Assembly (NCBI GenBank): GCA_965203805.1
Contig: OZ241917.1
Coordinates: 5,760,001-5,824,000 of the forward strand
Origin: Candidatus Latescibacterota bacterium
GTDB taxonomy: Bacteria > Latescibacterota > UBA2968 > GCA-2709665
Direction: 5' to 3'
DNA: 64,000 bases
The translations under genes and the position numbers were made by a program. The notes below the pieces were generated by a model. The model ran no database searches and had not been told where the DNA came from. It worked only from the letters and a program-made list of their open reading frames with translations. Positions 1 through 9,698 of the stretch are shown in pieces; positions within the stretch are counted from its first letter, which is position 1, and each line of letters starts with the position of its first letter.

Positions 1-282
1 CATCGCTCCCCGCAGGACCGCGGTTTCGGGATCCAGCGCGAAATGAACGTTCAGCGGAACGCGGAAGCGGTTGTTGGCCGTAATGTGGGCGTGGGCGTCG
101 ATCAGGGCCGGCATCACCGTCCAGGAGGACCAGTCCAGCGTCTCCCACGTTGGATCCGCGTTCAGGGTCGCCGGCGCGCCCGCGCCCAGGACGCGGTCGC
201 CATCGAGAATCACGACCCCGCCCGGAATCGCAGGCACGTCCGGGTCTGCGATGAGAAGCTTCGACTTGATCAGGGTCGGCAT
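1..282 (-). CDS. Amidohydrolase family protein, N-terminal part (truncated by window edge)
   Basis: Manual translation from ATG at 282: MPTLIKSKLLIADPD...TVMPALIDAHAHIT, containing the amidohydrolase P-x-L-I-D-x-H-x-H metal motif. Confidence 0.8.
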   Translation of the reverse strand, partial: MPTLIKSKLLIADPDVPAIPGGVVILDGDRVLGAGAPATLNADPTWETLDWSSWTVMPALIDAHAHITANNRFRVPLNVHFALDPETAVLRGAM

Positions 283-314
283 AGGCGGTCGGGTGCGCTC
301 TTCGGATGCCGGGG

Positions 315-1253
315 TCAGACTCGGACAAGCTTGCGGAAACTGCGCATTTCTCTTGGCGGGTCCATTTGCGAACCGAATGCGCTCCAGGACACTTCGCCGA
401 CGTAGATATCGCCTCGCGAGTCCACGGCAACCCCGTGCGGCGCCGTAAACTGGCCGGGACCCTCGCCTGCCCGCGGGTCTCCCAGCCGGGCGAGACGCCT
501 GCCCGTCAGGTCGTGAATGCTCACGCACGAACCCACGTTCGGATAGGTTGCGTTGACCTCAAGCTGGGTGGGTAGTTGTCCGATATAGACGAGGTCGTTG
601 TCGATATGCAGCCCGCACGGTCGGTGAAGGTTGTTCCACTGCGTGAGAAAATTGCCCTGCGGATCGAACACCTGTACCCGGTGGTTTTCCCGGTCGGCGA
701 TATAGACCGATCCGCGGCTGTCGGTGCAGACGCTGTGGACCAGGTTGAACTGCCCGGGATCGGTTCCGTAGTCTCCCCAGGAGAAGAGATGTTCGCCCGC
801 CGGCGAGTACTTGTGCACCCGCGCGTTGCCGTAGCCGTCCGAGATGTAGAGGTCTCCCGTGGACGGGTCGAAGGCCACCTTCGTGGGCTGATTGAACGGC
901 GCTCCGCTCTGGTCCGGGGCGCCCCGGCCGGGGGTCCCGATGACCATCAGGACCTCGCCTTCGAGCGTGCACTTGCGTACACAGTGGCCCTGGTCGTCCA
1001 CGCAATAGAGCATCCCGTCGGGACCCAGGGTGAGGCCATGGGGGCGTACGAACAGGCCCTCGCCCCAGGAACCCAGGAATCGTCCCTCCCGGTCGAATAC
1101 GATGACCGGATGTTCGCCACGGTTGAACACGTACACCCGGTCTTCCGAATCCACCGCCATGTCCACGACCTCTTTAAATCGCCAACCGTCGGGCAGACGC
1201 GCCCAATCGGTCTGTTCTTCATACTGATATTCGCCGCTGCCGAGAAGAGCCAT
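315..1253 (-). CDS. NHL-repeat protein, peptidyl-alpha-hydroxyglycine alpha-amidating lyase-like
   Basis: Repeated NHL motifs (FNQPTKVAFD, FNLVHSV..D, FTAPHGVAVD, DGYGNARVHKY); start MALLGSG after AGGAG. Confidence 0.8.
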   Translation of the reverse strand: MALLGSGEYQYEEQTDWARLPDGWRFKEVVDMAVDSEDRVYVFNRGEHPVIVFDREGRFLGSWGEGLFVRPHGLTLGPDGMLYCVDDQGHCVRKCTLEGEVLMVIGTPGRGAPDQSGAPFNQPTKVAFDPSTGDLYISDGYGNARVHKYSPAGEHLFSWGDYGTDPGQFNLVHSVCTDSRGSVYIADRENHRVQVFDPQGNFLTQWNNLHRPCGLHIDNDLVYIGQLPTQLEVNATYPNVGSCVSIHDLTGRRLARLGDPRAGEGPGQFTAPHGVAVDSRGDIYVGEVSWSAFGSQMDPPREMRSFRKLVRV

Positions 1254-1560
1254 AAAGTGCTCCTGTTTTTCCGGGTTAATGGTTGACCCGACCGCTCCGG
1301 TGGGGCGATTCCGGGAGTCGCACGGTTCTGCGAGCTTGCTCGGATTTCTCAGCCAATCCGACCGGTGTCCAGTATACGCCTCCGCGTTCGGGCGTGTCAA
1401 CAGGTACGCGCGCCCGCGCTGTTCGTCGGGACGCCTGCGCCGTGGGTCTACAACGCACAATTTGCTTGTCTGCAACCATACACCGCGCTATCTTTTCCCG
1501 CAGGAAGATCGAGTAATGCGTGGAGTCGAGCGGACCCCAAGACAACCGGAATCCGGAACC

Positions 1561-1866
1561 ATGCACATTTCTCCCGTTCACGTGGCCTTCCGGGGCTTTC
1601 ATTTCAATCTCCCGGATGCCAGAATCCTGGACTGCATCCACCAGGGGCTGAGTGCGGGAAGGGTGAAGCGTCCCGCGTTCACGCGCTGGCCCGGGAACGA
1701 ACCGATCTCCGTCCAGATCGGGGAGTCGCACCTGGTGAACTGGAGGCGCCAGTTCGAAGACGGCGTGAGCGTGGACGTCCCCGATGAAACGGCGCGGGAG
1801 CTGGACGATATTCTGGGCGTTCCGGACATTGCTCCCCGCAGCCCCGCCCCTCCGGGGGAGACGTAA
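1561..1866 (+). CDS. Hypothetical protein (~101 aa)
   Basis: ORF with protein-like composition, divergent from the NHL gene; no motif recognised. Confidence 0.45.
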   Translation: MHISPVHVAFRGFHFNLPDARILDCIHQGLSAGRVKRPAFTRWPGNEPISVQIGESHLVNWRRQFEDGVSVDVPDETARELDDILGVPDIAPRSPAPPGET

Positions 1867-2045
1867 GACGTGAGAGGGGAGAGGAAATCAATGCCCTATG
1901 GTCTTTCCGGTCGTTACGATGACGGTAAATTAGCAGGCACGGTTTATGTGGAAACACTGCTGTAAATGTCTTCATTTACCGTCTACCCTCTTACGTTTCA
2001 CCGCTTTCAGGCCTTTCATCTACCCTCTCCCGTCTCCCCGTCTGT
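1858..2045. repeat. Heptamer-based inverted repeat element (AGACGTA/GAGACG ... CCGTCT(A/C)C)
   Basis: gagacgtaagacgtgagaggggagagg on the left; ctaccctctcccgtctccccg and tcaccgctttcag on the right; related copies at 14924-15150 and 21206-21330. Confidence 0.6.
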
Positions 2046-2118
2046 CGAAAGGTGAAGGGTACTGGTGAAGTTTGAGGGGTGGGGAGATTCTCCCTCCAAT
2101 CTGCAAAAGGAGCCCGAA

Positions 2119-2928
2119 ATGGACGATGAAGAGAGATATTTCTTCGATCTCAACGGCTATCTCGTGGTCGAGAACGCGCTCTCATCCGAGGAAGTTGCCG
2201 CATGCAACGAGGCCATAGACCGGAACGCCCACCGCATGCGCGAACGATCCGGCGAACAGTCCCTGTCCGGAAAATCCAGAACGCTGAAGGGTCTGCAGGG
2301 CCGCGGCGATCTCGGCGGCATGCTCACGTGGCCTAAGCCCTGGTGCCAGCCGTTCAGGGATCTTCTGGCCCATCCTGCGATCGTGCCGTATCTCAACGAG
2401 GTGTTGCGCGAGGGCTTCCGCCTGGACCACGTCTACGGCATCATCATGCGCAAGGGCACGGAAGGACACGTGCTGCATGGCGGCGGCACCACCGATGACC
2501 TGACCCATTTCTACCAGTTTCACAACGGCAGAATGCGCTGCGGCCTGACCGTTGTCGCATGGATGTTTACAGACTGCGGACCCGGGGACGGCGGTTTTGC
2601 ATGCATACCGGGAAGCCACAAATCGAATTATCCAACGCCGCGGGGCGTGGCCCTGCTGGACAGAGACATCGGTGTGGTGCGGCAGGTGGAAGCGAAAGCG
2701 GGTTCGGCCGTGATCTTCACCGAAGCCCTGACGCACGGGACGATGCCGTGGACGGCCGACCACCAGCGGCGATCCATCCTCTACAAATACTCGCCGGGCC
2801 CGCTGACTTATGCAAGCGTTTACGTGCCCGAGGGCGTGGATGAAGTGCTGGACGAGTTCACGCCCCGGCAGCGCGCCGTGCTGGAGCCGCCGTACCGCCC
2901 GGCCCGCCCGACCGTGTCTGCCGGCTGA
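2119..2928 (+). CDS. Phytanoyl-CoA dioxygenase (PhyH) family Fe/2OG enzyme
   Basis: FDLNGYLVV N-terminus, LHGG, GGF..IPGSH and FTEALTHG motifs; AAGGAG SD. Confidence 0.85.
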   Translation: MDDEERYFFDLNGYLVVENALSSEEVAACNEAIDRNAHRMRERSGEQSLSGKSRTLKGLQGRGDLGGMLTWPKPWCQPFRDLLAHPAIVPYLNEVLREGFRLDHVYGIIMRKGTEGHVLHGGGTTDDLTHFYQFHNGRMRCGLTVVAWMFTDCGPGDGGFACIPGSHKSNYPTPRGVALLDRDIGVVRQVEAKAGSAVIFTEALTHGTMPWTADHQRRSILYKYSPGPLTYASVYVPEGVDEVLDEFTPRQRAVLEPPYRPARPTVSAG

Positions 2929-3002
2929 ACGTCGTCATTCCCGCTTTGCCGGCGCCGGTCGACGGATCGAAAATCGTGCAAATCCGTATTGACCCAACGC
3001 AG

Positions 3003-3030
3003 AAGCCCCGGTTGGATTCAACCGGGGCTT
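3003..3030. terminator. Bidirectional terminator hairpin
   Basis: AAGCCCCGGTTG-GATT-CAACCGGGGCTT between convergent genes. Confidence 0.75.
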
Positions 3031-3068
3031 TGGTACGTTCGCGATCTGCAACGGCGCCGGAACCGCCA

Positions 3069-4217
3069 CTAAAGGTAGTTCACTCCGTACCACAGCGCCG
3101 GAATCGGGAACACCTCAGCCAGGACCTCGCCGGCGCGCCCTCCTGATTCAAGCAGCGCGTCTTCGGCGCCGTCAAGCGTGCCGAATATCAGCTGCACCGC
3201 GGCGCCCTGGTCCGGCGCCACCACCCGGTCGCCCCCATACGAAAAGATCATCTCGTCTCCCTGCTGCCTGAAGACAAGGCTTTGCGCCGCCGACTCTCCC
3301 ACCACTTCCGCGAAATAAGGCCGCATCCGCTCCATGAACTGCACGAAGTTAATCAGCGTAACCGTCCCCGATGAATTGGCCGGCGCGCCGGTGATCCCTC
3401 TGGCCTGAAGGCAGTCCTGGAACCAGCGGTCGCAGCCCATGACGTGGAGTCCGAGCGACTGGATGCCCAGCGTACGGACCAGCTTGCCCAGGGCGCCGGT
3501 CAGGCATCGGCGGTCGCCTGCCGCCTCCTGTACCGGTATGCTGCCGTCACCTTCGTGCGGCTGTTGCACGATCATATATCCGCGCGTCAGCCCTGCCTCA
3601 CACACTTTGAAGACCAGTGCGGGACGGTTCATGACAAACCCGCTGAAGGCGTAGGCGTAGTCGGACGGGGGGCGCATCCATCGCACGTGCTCCTCCCGGT
3701 ACACCGAAGCCATTGCGGGCACATCGTCAGGACAGGCCGCCACCAGTTCCACGCCCGCGTCATCGAAATCCCCGGCCCGATCCGCGTTGAGCGTGAAGTT
3801 CCAGTCGCGGCCGACGTACCGGCAACCGTACCGGTGGTACATCTTGCGGTACCCGGAAACCAGCATGAAGTCCACCCCGTCCTCCCGGCAGACACGCATC
3901 GTGTCTTCGAACAGGGCCGTTGCGTACCCGTTTCCGCGGTGTTCTTCGTACGTGGCCACCCCGCCAAGGGACGACGCGCGCACGGTGCATCCGAATATGG
4001 ACGCGTTCCGCCGCAGCGCGCCGATGTGAGACACGACGCGACCATCCACGACCACCACCCGCATTTCACCGGCGTGCGCCGGGGTATAGAAGTGGGGATA
4101 TTCGTCGACCAGACCCGGCCGGAACACGGTGTGGACCAGTTCGGACAGGCTTTCGAATTCGCCCGGATGCAGGCTGCGCATGCCATCGCGCCATGAGGGT
4201 TCGGTTTCTCTGGGCAT
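3069..4217 (-). CDS. Eis-like GNAT acetyltransferase
   Basis: LGGVAT.EEHRGNGYA acetyl-CoA motif; tandem GNAT length. Confidence 0.8.
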   Translation of the reverse strand: MPRETEPSWRDGMRSLHPGEFESLSELVHTVFRPGLVDEYPHFYTPAHAGEMRVVVVDGRVVSHIGALRRNASIFGCTVRASSLGGVATYEEHRGNGYATALFEDTMRVCREDGVDFMLVSGYRKMYHRYGCRYVGRDWNFTLNADRAGDFDDAGVELVAACPDDVPAMASVYREEHVRWMRPPSDYAYAFSGFVMNRPALVFKVCEAGLTRGYMIVQQPHEGDGSIPVQEAAGDRRCLTGALGKLVRTLGIQSLGLHVMGCDRWFQDCLQARGITGAPANSSGTVTLINFVQFMERMRPYFAEVVGESAAQSLVFRQQGDEMIFSYGGDRVVAPDQGAAVQLIFGTLDGAEDALLESGGRAGEVLAEVFPIPALWYGVNYL

Positions 4218-4293
4218 TCTGGCCTCCCTTCAACGGGGACCGGGGGTCCCCAGCGAGTCAGACAGGAACTCCGGCTGTTTCCTACACCTTCGA

Positions 4294-5241
4294 CTACGCC
4301 TCTACTCCCGACATAAAACCCGGTACGCTGAAGTACCGTTCCGCCGAATCGCAGATCACCGTGGCCACGCGTTTGCCTTCGCCCAACTCTTTTGCCACCC
4401 GGAGCGCGGCCCATACGTTCGCGCCCGCCGAAATGCCGCTCAGGATGCCCTCTTCGGACGCGAGGCGCTTCGAGGTTTCGAACGCGTCGGCCTCGGTCGC
4501 GCAGATCACGTGGTCGTAGATCTCCCGGTTCAGTACCTCGGGTACGAATCCCGCGCCGATGCCCTGGATATCGTGAAGTCCCGGCGCGCCGCCGGAAAGC
4601 ACGTTTGACTGTTGCGGCTCCACCGCCACCACCAGGACCCCGGGCAGTTCCGCCTTCAGCACCTCGCCCACGCCGGTGATGGTGCCGCCCGTGCCCACGC
4701 CGGCCACGAACGCGTCCAGGCGCCCCTCCACCGCAACCAGGATCTCGCGCGCGGTTGTGCGGCGGTGAACCTCGGGATTCGCCGGATTTGCGAACTGCTG
4801 GGGCATGAATGTCTCGTCGGGGGCCTCCCGCGTGATGCGTACTGCCTCGTCCACGGCGCCCTGCATGTCCTCCGCGCCCGGCGTCAGGACCACTTCGGCC
4901 CCGAAGCTCTGCAAGAGATCCCGTCTCTCGCGGCTCATGGAATCCGGCATGGTCAGTATCAGGCGATATCCCTTCGCCGCGGCCACCAGGGCCAGGCCGA
5001 TGCCCGTATTCCCGCTGGTGGGTTCCACAACGGTCATGCCACGCTTCAGGCTGCCGTCGCGCTCGGCGGCATCGATCATAGCGTACGCAATCCGGTCCTT
5101 CACCGAACAGACCGGGTTGGAGGCCTCGATTTTCACGGCCACTTCGGCCATGCCCGGTTCCACCATCCGGTTCAGCCGCACCATCGGCGTCTCGCCGATC
5201 AGTTCAAGAATATCGTCCGCCACCGCGTTCGCCAATGGCAT
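4294..5241 (-). CDS. cysK: Cysteine synthase A
   Basis: IGETPMV, SVKDRIA (PLP lysine), EPTSGNTG, GVGTGGT, IQGIGAGF. Confidence 0.95.
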   Translation of the reverse strand: MPLANAVADDILELIGETPMVRLNRMVEPGMAEVAVKIEASNPVCSVKDRIAYAMIDAAERDGSLKRGMTVVEPTSGNTGIGLALVAAAKGYRLILTMPDSMSRERRDLLQSFGAEVVLTPGAEDMQGAVDEAVRITREAPDETFMPQQFANPANPEVHRRTTAREILVAVEGRLDAFVAGVGTGGTITGVGEVLKAELPGVLVVAVEPQQSNVLSGGAPGLHDIQGIGAGFVPEVLNREIYDHVICATEADAFETSKRLASEEGILSGISAGANVWAALRVAKELGEGKRVATVICDSAERYFSVPGFMSGVEA

Positions 5242-5250
5242 GTCGCTCCT

Positions 5251-5700
5251 TTATTGTTCTGTCCCGCGGGTCTCCACGGCCTCGATCGCCAGTTTTCCCA
5301 GCCGCTGAATGTCTTCCGCGATCGTATCGTCCTCGAGGTCGTCGGAGCCGCACCACCGGTATCCCTCCGCCTCGGAAGCCGACACCTTCAGGCTGCCGCC
5401 CGTGACTCGCGCGAAATAGATCAGGTCGATGTGCTGGTGGCCGGCTGAAATCTGTTCCAGGAGAATGCATTCGGGGCGGCTAAGCACGTCCACCGTGCCC
5501 ATCCTCGAGCGCGGAGAGAGCAGGGCTACCTCCAGACCGCATTCTTCCCGGACTTCCCGGACGGCCGCGTCACACGGCAGTTCGTTCTTGTCGATATGCC
5601 CGCCCGGAGGAAGCCACAGCCTGAGCCGCTTGTGAAACAGCAACAACGTCCTGCCGTCCCGGACGACGAACGTGGTTGCGGTGAAATCTCGCGTCGTCAT
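5251..5700 (-). CDS. NUDIX hydrolase
   Basis: Nudix box GGHIDKNELPCDAAVREVREECG; HQHIDLIY. Confidence 0.9.
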   Translation of the reverse strand: MTTRDFTATTFVVRDGRTLLLFHKRLRLWLPPGGHIDKNELPCDAAVREVREECGLEVALLSPRSRMGTVDVLSRPECILLEQISAGHQHIDLIYFARVTGGSLKVSASEAEGYRWCGSDDLEDDTIAEDIQRLGKLAIEAVETRGTEQ

Positions 5701-6226
5701 CACTCTGAATATACCTTGCGCGACCGGGGTGTGAAAGAACAAACGGACTGTGATTGGCGTGATTAAAACCTGATTGCCGTGATTAAGGCAAAGGCGGGGA
5801 CATGATGAGAAGGACAGAACCAGAAGAACGGGAAGAGGTGGTGGAAGCTGAGTGGGCTGATTGCCGGAATCCGGGGCGTTTACGCCGGCACGAAGGCACG
5901 TGGAATTCGCAAGTCAAAACCAACAATCATGGATATACAGGATGAACAGGATAAAACCCAAAGAACCGGGCAGGGGCGGTGGAAGCTGATTATGCTTGTT
6001 GCACGAAACCGATGTCCGTCCAGCGACGAGGACTCGGGTGGAATTCGCAGATCAAAAGCAAAAAACATGGATGGGCAGGATGGGCAGGATAAAACCAAAC
6101 GAAAAGGCAAACCCGGTGGAAGCTGAGCGGCCAGGCTGCGCGGAACCGGTCATGAACGCCGACCCGGATGTCCGGACGTCCCAACTGACCTGGTTTCTCG
6201 TACCGCCTTTTCCGGTTTTACGCCTT

Positions 6227-6782
6227 TATCCTGCCTATCCTGTGTATCCATGTTCCACTGCATCAATTCTCGATGGTCATTCGCTACCAACCATTACCGA
6301 CATGGATGGACAGGATAAACAGGATAACATCCAAACCGGAAACACCAGGTCAAGCCAGCACATCAATTAAACCTGCCGTTGCAGTTCCTGATTCAGGCTT
6401 CACGAGATCGATGTCGCACACTGCCTCAGCGTGCTTGTAATGTACTACGGAGTCTCGTCATCGGCCGCAGACCGACCCCTGTTTTGCCTCTATCCTGCCT
6501 ATCCTGTGTATCCATGTTCCACTGCATCAATTCTCGATGGTCATTCGCTACCAACCATTACCGACATGGATGGACAGGATAAACAGGATAACATCCAAAC
6601 CGGAAACACCAGGTCAAGCCAGCACATCAATTAAACCTGCCGTTGCAGTTCCTGATTCAGGCTTCACGAGATCGATGTCGCACACTGCCTCAGCGTGCTT
6701 GTAATGTACTACGGAGTCTCGTCATCGGCCGCAGACCGACCCCTGTTTTGCCTCTATCCTGCCTATCCTGTGTATCCATGTT
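6227..6782. repeat. Exact 264 bp tandem duplication (~2.1 copies)
   Basis: 6227-6490 is repeated from 6491; the ORF track shows identical peptides 264 nt apart (e.g. 6379 and 6643). Confidence 0.9.
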
Positions 6783-6825
6783 AAATCGTGTGTTGCTTCT
6801 TGGGTTGTGGGGTGTCGTCATCCGT

Positions 6826-7209
6826 CTACCAGATGGTTTGTGCGTAATACGCACGGATGATCGCATCGGAGGTGACGATGGGGCAGGCGTTCAGGCTGGC
6901 CGTGGCGACGATGGTCCGATCGGCGGGGTCGCGATGGTCCCAGTCGAGTTCGAGATTTCCGAGCCACGTCCGGACGCAGACAGGGAGGATTTCGATGCGG
7001 TCGACCTGTTCCAACCTGTCAGCGAATTCCCGGATTGGAATCGGTATAAACAGTTGTTCTTTCTTGACCTTGATACCGATTTCCCAAATCGAAATCGCAC
7101 TGAGGGCAATCCTGTCGGCGTCCGCAATCGCCTGTGTGGCAGCATTCGACAGCCGATCTCGATCGAGCGTCCAGAATATGAGGGCGGAGGTGTCCAGGAG
7201 GACCATCAC
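6826..7209 (-). CDS. vapC: VapC/PIN-domain toxin
   Basis: VLLDTSALIFW...SAISIWEI...HRDPADRTIVATA...VTSD PIN signature; overlaps antitoxin stop. Confidence 0.9.
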   Translation of the reverse strand: MMVLLDTSALIFWTLDRDRLSNAATQAIADADRIALSAISIWEIGIKVKKEQLFIPIPIREFADRLEQVDRIEILPVCVRTWLGNLELDWDHRDPADRTIVATASLNACPIVTSDAIIRAYYAQTIW

Positions 7210-7436
7210 ATTTCCGTCCATTCATCGGCGGTCGGAAGGTTGACGTCGTCGCGGTAGATGACCTGGCCCGAAAGCGCGCCGAACACGTCGTCGACCGTCT
7301 TCTTTCTCGAAATCGGCTGGATGCGCAACACCGGGCGCCTGCGATCCGTTACGATCAACGACTCGCCGGATTCTTCAAGCTCGCGAAAGATGCGAAGCAT
7401 ATTGGCTTTCAATTTGCTCTTTGAGATGGAATTCAT
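7206..7436 (-). CDS. Phd/YefM family antitoxin
   Basis: ISKSKLKANML...GESLIVTDRRRPVLRI; 76 aa, directly upstream of PIN toxin. Confidence 0.85.
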   Translation of the reverse strand: MNSISKSKLKANMLRIFRELEESGESLIVTDRRRPVLRIQPISRKKTVDDVFGALSGQVIYRDDVNLPTADEWTEM

Positions 7437-7458
7437 ACGATCTCCTTACGTACTAGAA

Positions 7459-7513
7459 ATGACTATAGTCATAACTATGGTCATAATATACATAAATCAA
7501 GATATACTGTCAA
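7459..7513 (-). promoter_or_regulatory. Sigma70 promoter and palindromic operator of the TA operon
   Basis: Minus-strand TTGACA (7508-7513) N17 TATATT (7485-7490); palindrome ATGACTATAGTCAT (7459-7472) with an adjacent near-copy. Confidence 0.7.
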
Positions 7514-7681
7514 TTGAAACGACAGGGTATGACTAACCGGGACAAATCGAAAATTTCACATGGATGGACAGGATAGTGCTATCAAAAGTCCAAATTTCCG
7601 GCTGGCGGCGCACGGGAAATCTTGATTCTGTCGCGACGTTGGTTAAATTAGCCTTATTATCATAAGGAGAAGAAAATGCAC

Positions 7682-7966
7682 ATGAAGAATCCGCCGCATC
7701 CCGGGCTTTCGATACGGTTCGACTGTCTGGAGCCACTTGGATTGACTGTAGAACACGCAGCGCGAAAACTCGGCGTTGACAGGAAGGAGTTGTCAGATGT
7801 CGTTCACGGCCGAGCCGGCATCTCGCCCGAAATGGCGATTCGTCTGGACAAAGCCTTCGGCGGTGGCGCGCAAACGTGGTACCGGATGCAGGCGGCCTAC
7901 GACCTGGCTCAGGCGATTGCGAAGGCCGAAGAGATTCGCGTTGAGCGCCTCGTGGTTCACAGATGA
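7682..7966 (+). CDS. higA: HigA family HTH antitoxin (no adjacent HigB toxin)
   Basis: MKNPPHPG...AARKLGV...[14 protein letters not shown]...W.RMQAAYDL. Confidence 0.9.
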   Translation: MKNPPHPGLSIRFDCLEPLGLTVEHAARKLGVDRKELSDVVHGRAGISPEMAIRLDKAFGGGAQTWYRMQAAYDLAQAIAKAEEIRVERLVVHR

Positions 7967-8280
7967 TTCCTGACTCGGCCCCGAGCACAATGGCTATTCT
8001 GTTCCTTCTTCTGACGGCATGATGCCGTTTTCGTTTCACCTGACCTGGTTTCTCGTACCGCCTTTTTTGATTTTACGCCTTTATCCTGTCTATCCTGTGC
8101 CGCTATGTTTCATTTTTCCTTGTCAGGATGATTGAGAATAAGATCAGTTTAAATCTCTCAAAGGTACAACTGTCCAATTAATGAAGCACAGGGGATTTTG
8201 ATTCCTCGAGACGATACGTTATATTCATCCCAATAGAAAACGTCAGGGATCGCATCACAACCCAAACCCGGAGGGTCACC

Positions 8281-8499
8281 ATGCAGACCACAACGCCCGC
8301 CGGCGATTTCGACGCCAGGCTTTCCCGCGTCGAGGGGATCGTTGAGCAGCAAAGCCAACGCTTGACGGCCCTCGAAACACGCGTTGACGCCGGTTTTCGC
8401 GAAGTGAACGCCCGCCTCGATAGCGGGTTTCGCTGGATTGTCGGCATTCAGTTTACTACGCTGGTTGCGCTTGGTACGCTGATTCTCTTGAAACTCTAA
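8281..8499 (+). CDS. Small coiled-coil protein with C-terminal transmembrane helix (DUF1640-like)
   Basis: GGAGG SD; heptad pattern then FRWIVGIQFTTLVALGTLILLKL. Confidence 0.65.
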   Translation: MQTTTPAGDFDARLSRVEGIVEQQSQRLTALETRVDAGFREVNARLDSGFRWIVGIQFTTLVALGTLILLKL

Positions 8500-8516
8500 C
8501 CCACCATCGGGCGCTG

Positions 8517-8671
8517 GGCCGGCATCTCGCCCGAGATGGCGATTCGTCTGGACAAAGCCTTCGGCGGTGGCGCGCAAACGTGGTACCGGATGCAGGCTGC
8601 GTACTACCTGGCTCAGGCGATGGAGAAGGCCGAAGAGATTCGCGTTGAGTGCCTTGTTTTCCACGAATAAA
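8517..8671 (+). pseudogene. 5'-truncated second copy of higA
   Basis: Near-identical to 7814-7966 (GCCGGCATCTCGCCCGA..ATGGCGATTCGTCTGGACAAAGCC...) but lacks the 5' half. Confidence 0.85.
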
Positions 8672-8744
8672 TCCGACTCGATTCCGAGCGCATCTGCCAC
8701 GCGGATTTTCTAATATCTCCAACTGCCTTTTATACATGGATGGA

Positions 8745-8777
8745 CCTGTCTGCGTGCGTGCCACACGCACAGGCAGG
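8745..8777. mobile_element. 33 bp palindromic element inserted in a CAGGAT repeat
   Basis: CCTGTCTGCGTGCGTGCCACACGCACAGGCAGG splits CATGGATGGA^CAGGATGAACAGGAT; identical copy at 15960-15992. Confidence 0.75.
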
Positions 8778-8960
8778 CAGGATGAACAGGATAAAGATCA
8801 CATACCTGCAATTTCCAGTCATCCCTGCGCACGATTCATTCCCGTCTTGTAGGATTTTCCTCCGCACGACATGAGCTCATTACGTCCCACCTGACCTGGT
8901 TTCTCGTACCGCCTTTTTTGATTTTACGCCTTTATCCTGCCTATCCTGTGTATCCATGTT

Positions 8961-9572
8961 TCATGTTTCGTTCTTCCGGTTTTCGTCGGTTTCTTCCCAT
9001 GCCTTCGTGAACGTCTCCGGCTCCACTCCGAGCGCATCGGCCACGCGGTTGATGTAGTTGAAAAAGCCGATGATCTGGACGGCATCGTGGATGGCGCGGT
9101 CGTCGAAACCGTGCTCGCGCAGCCGCTTGATATCCGCGGCGGTCGAGTCTCGCGGGTCCAGGCTGAGCTTCTCCGCGAAGGCGCACAGCGTACGGTCGGC
9201 GGGGGAGAGGGGGGCCTGGCGCCAGTCGGCGGCAATCAGATGCACCAGCCGGTCGGCCTCACTGTCATCTTCAACGCTGAAATCCGCGGCGACCTCGGCA
9301 CGGAGGTCGTGGGCGTGGGCGCGTATTCAGTACACGCAATGGTTCGCTGCTGAAACGACCACGGCGAGCATCTCTCGCTGCGCGCGGCTGAGCGGGGAGG
9401 GGCCGTGCATCAACGCGCCGTAGAAATCCAGCGACGCCTTCATCGCGCGGGGGTTCTGGCTCATCGCGGAGACAATGCCCCAGACGCGCCCCTCCCGCCC
9501 CATCGCGGCGTCATATTGTTGCTTCAACAAACCCGTCGCGGCCTCCGGAGGAATGACGTCGATATAGGGCAT
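8961..9572 (-). CDS. AhpD/carboxymuconolactone-decarboxylase family peroxidase-related protein, candidate selenoprotein (CxxU)
   Basis: ATG at 9572 after AAGGAGG; in-frame TGA at 9327-9329 in EMLAVVVSAANHCVY*IRAH; same frame continues to FFNYINRVADALGV; hairpin CGACCTC-CGTGCC-GAGGTCG just downstream of the TGA. Confidence 0.8.
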
Positions 9573-9665
9573 CGCGGCCTCCTTCGCAATATGGATCAAT
9601 GCGGAAACGGCAAAACCAAAAAGGCAAGGCAACTTCAACGACACAAAACAACAAACATGGATGAA

Positions 9666-9698
9666 CCTGTCTGCCGTGCCGGGCACGGCACAGGCAGG
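9666..9698. mobile_element. 33 bp palindromic element inserted in a CAGGAT repeat
   Basis: CCTGTCTGCCGTGCCGGGCACGGCACAGGCAGG at the same register as 8745; the duplicated locus at 12270 lacks it. Confidence 0.75.

Noticed and set aside
5880-6780. Short ORFs with MDGQDEQDK, LSCLSCVSM or YPAYPVYP motifs
   Set aside because: They are translations of the DNA repeat in different frames; no SD or independent coding evidence.
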